From: Oculina patagonica
Lineage: Eukaryota
Assembly (NCBI RefSeq): GCF_052425735.1
Contig: NC_135759.1
Span: 40,300,001 to 40,364,000 of the forward strand
DNA: 64,000 nt
Direction of reading: 5' to 3'
Position numbers and translations under genes: made by a program. The stretch's first letter is position 1, and each line of letters opens with the position of its first letter. Below the pieces are notes generated by a model. That model worked only from the letters and a program-made list of their open reading frames with translations, did not search any database and was not told the DNA's origin. Below, one piece after another: positions 62,484 through 64,000 of the stretch.

Positions 62484-62933
62484 CTGATCACGATCTGTAT
62501 TGGGAAGTTCCTTCAGATCTTTTTTTTTCTTTCTCATTAGTGAATATAACTGAGCAAGGCCTTAATTGTCACTCGCATATTGATTTAAATACCTGGAGGC
62601 AATGGTTCGATTTAGCGCCCAGGGACTTTGCACTAATTTACTTTTGGTAACTCAAAACTGTAACAAGAGGGTCTCAATGGGGTGGTGGCTTTTACGGTTA
62701 ACTGTTAAAATTTTGGCTTTTTTACGGCTAACGGTTAATTTATTTCCATAACGGTTAACAGAAGTTAACAGTTAATTTTCATTGTTTTAAAAAGTTAAAA
62801 ATTAATTTCCATTATTGAAAAGCATATTTTAGGTCTCAGGGCCATTCTGGGACGATGAAGTGAACTAGTTTGGTTTATTTATAATTACTGACCGATTTTT
62901 TAACGTGCTTCAAAGAAGGAAAGGATGTAGCGA

Positions 62934-63388
62934 TAGGCTCTTACCGATAGTGCTAGCACTTTTTTGGCATTATTTGCTTTCGCGAGCAATTTTTTCTACA
63001 TTTTATCCCAAAAAGCACTTCGAATTCTAGCATTATTTTGGATTTTCGACTGATTATTTGTATAATTTTGTCTGGGGAAAAGGTTTGATAGGTCAGCGGT
63101 TGCCTTCTAGAAACCCAGTCCATCACACTCCAAGATGGCGTCATCCACGTTGTCATCGAGGAACAATGGAAGACAGCCAGCCAAGGCAAAAAAGTGAAAA
63201 ATGTTACTGAAAATCTGAATAATGTTATATTCTATGTTTAAAAAAAAATCGGAAAAAGTGAGCATTTTTATGTAAACCACGAGCACTTTTTAAAAAAATT
63301 AGCATTATTTTAGCACTTTTTCGCAAAAACAAGCACTGGTTTAAGCATTTAATGTTTTTTTTTTACGAGCACTATCGGTAAGAGCCTA
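62934..63388. mobile_element. MITE with TAGG termini and a 14-bp flanking direct repeat
   Basis: TIR taggctcttaccgatagtgct...agcactatcggtaagagccta, flanked by aaaggatgtagcga and aaaggatgtagtga. Confidence 0.8.
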
Positions 63389-64000
63389 AAAGGATGTAGT
63401 GATTTTTAAATGGCAGTAAGGGATTAGTCATTATTTCAGTTTCAGCCCTATCAGTTCATTCATCTGAACCCGGTTCTGACTTGTGAAAGTATCTTCCTAA
63501 ATAATAGAAGCTGGAGCATAACTCTTGCTCCTGAAAAAAAAAACAACAACTGAATCGCATCCCTTCACCGCGTCTTTAGGATGTGAAGCTATCATGTTAC
63601 TGAATGGCGCGTAAATGTCATTTTTTTTTTTAAAAAAGGCCACCATATATTTATAGGCTCCTGGGGCTATAAAGACTAAACTTAAGACCTAAAGCCTAGA
63701 AACCCACCATCAAGCAGCACATGCATACCCTTAATACTTAGTACCGTATTTTCTCGATTAAACGCCGGGTCTCCAAGCTGTATTTGAAAATAAACCCCTT
63801 AAACAATTATTAAAGGTTTAACCTGCTTTAAAAATAATGTCTAAATATATTGCTGTCAAAAATAATGAATAAAAATCATTTCTGAGAAACATAGGGCTTG
63901 AACAAACTCCTGGAACCAAGTAAACGCCGGCTCTATCGGGCCAAGTTTGAAATAAACGCCTTCCCCCTCCCCACCTCCTCAAACCTCCCACTACCCATCG

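Overview
Eukaryotic, AT-rich, intron-containing animal DNA. The repeat landscape suggests a cnidarian such as a stony coral, but that is inference. The main content is a + strand tandem array of seven two-exon Ly6/uPAR (three-finger) genes. Each has a 55-nt signal-peptide exon, a phase-1 intron, and an exon encoding a 12-Cys LU domain ending CCxxDxCN plus a hydrophobic GPI-type tail. They fall into three locus types in the order A1-B1-C1-A2-B2-C2-[GPCR1]-C3-[GPCR2]: an A-B-C triplet duplication followed by a C+GPCR duplication. The two three-exon rhodopsin-like GPCR genes (330 and 332 aa) have intact frames but have lost the D2.50, DRY, CWxP and NPxxY motifs. Other notable items: finger-II segments appear to be swapped between Ly6 paralogues; C1 has lost its splice donor but has an in-frame intronic stretch resembling a signal peptide; there are two minimal type I hammerhead ribozymes (one with an intact core); a 78/83-bp higher-order satellite sits inside a 4.76-kb TIR element at the duplication junction; and a composite double-MITE has TSDs only at its outer ends. 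RTE and L2/CR1 LINE remnants, MULE and Crypton-like remnants, many MITEs, two N gaps and several probable low-quality sequence patches are also present. Most ORFs in the supplied track are spurious.
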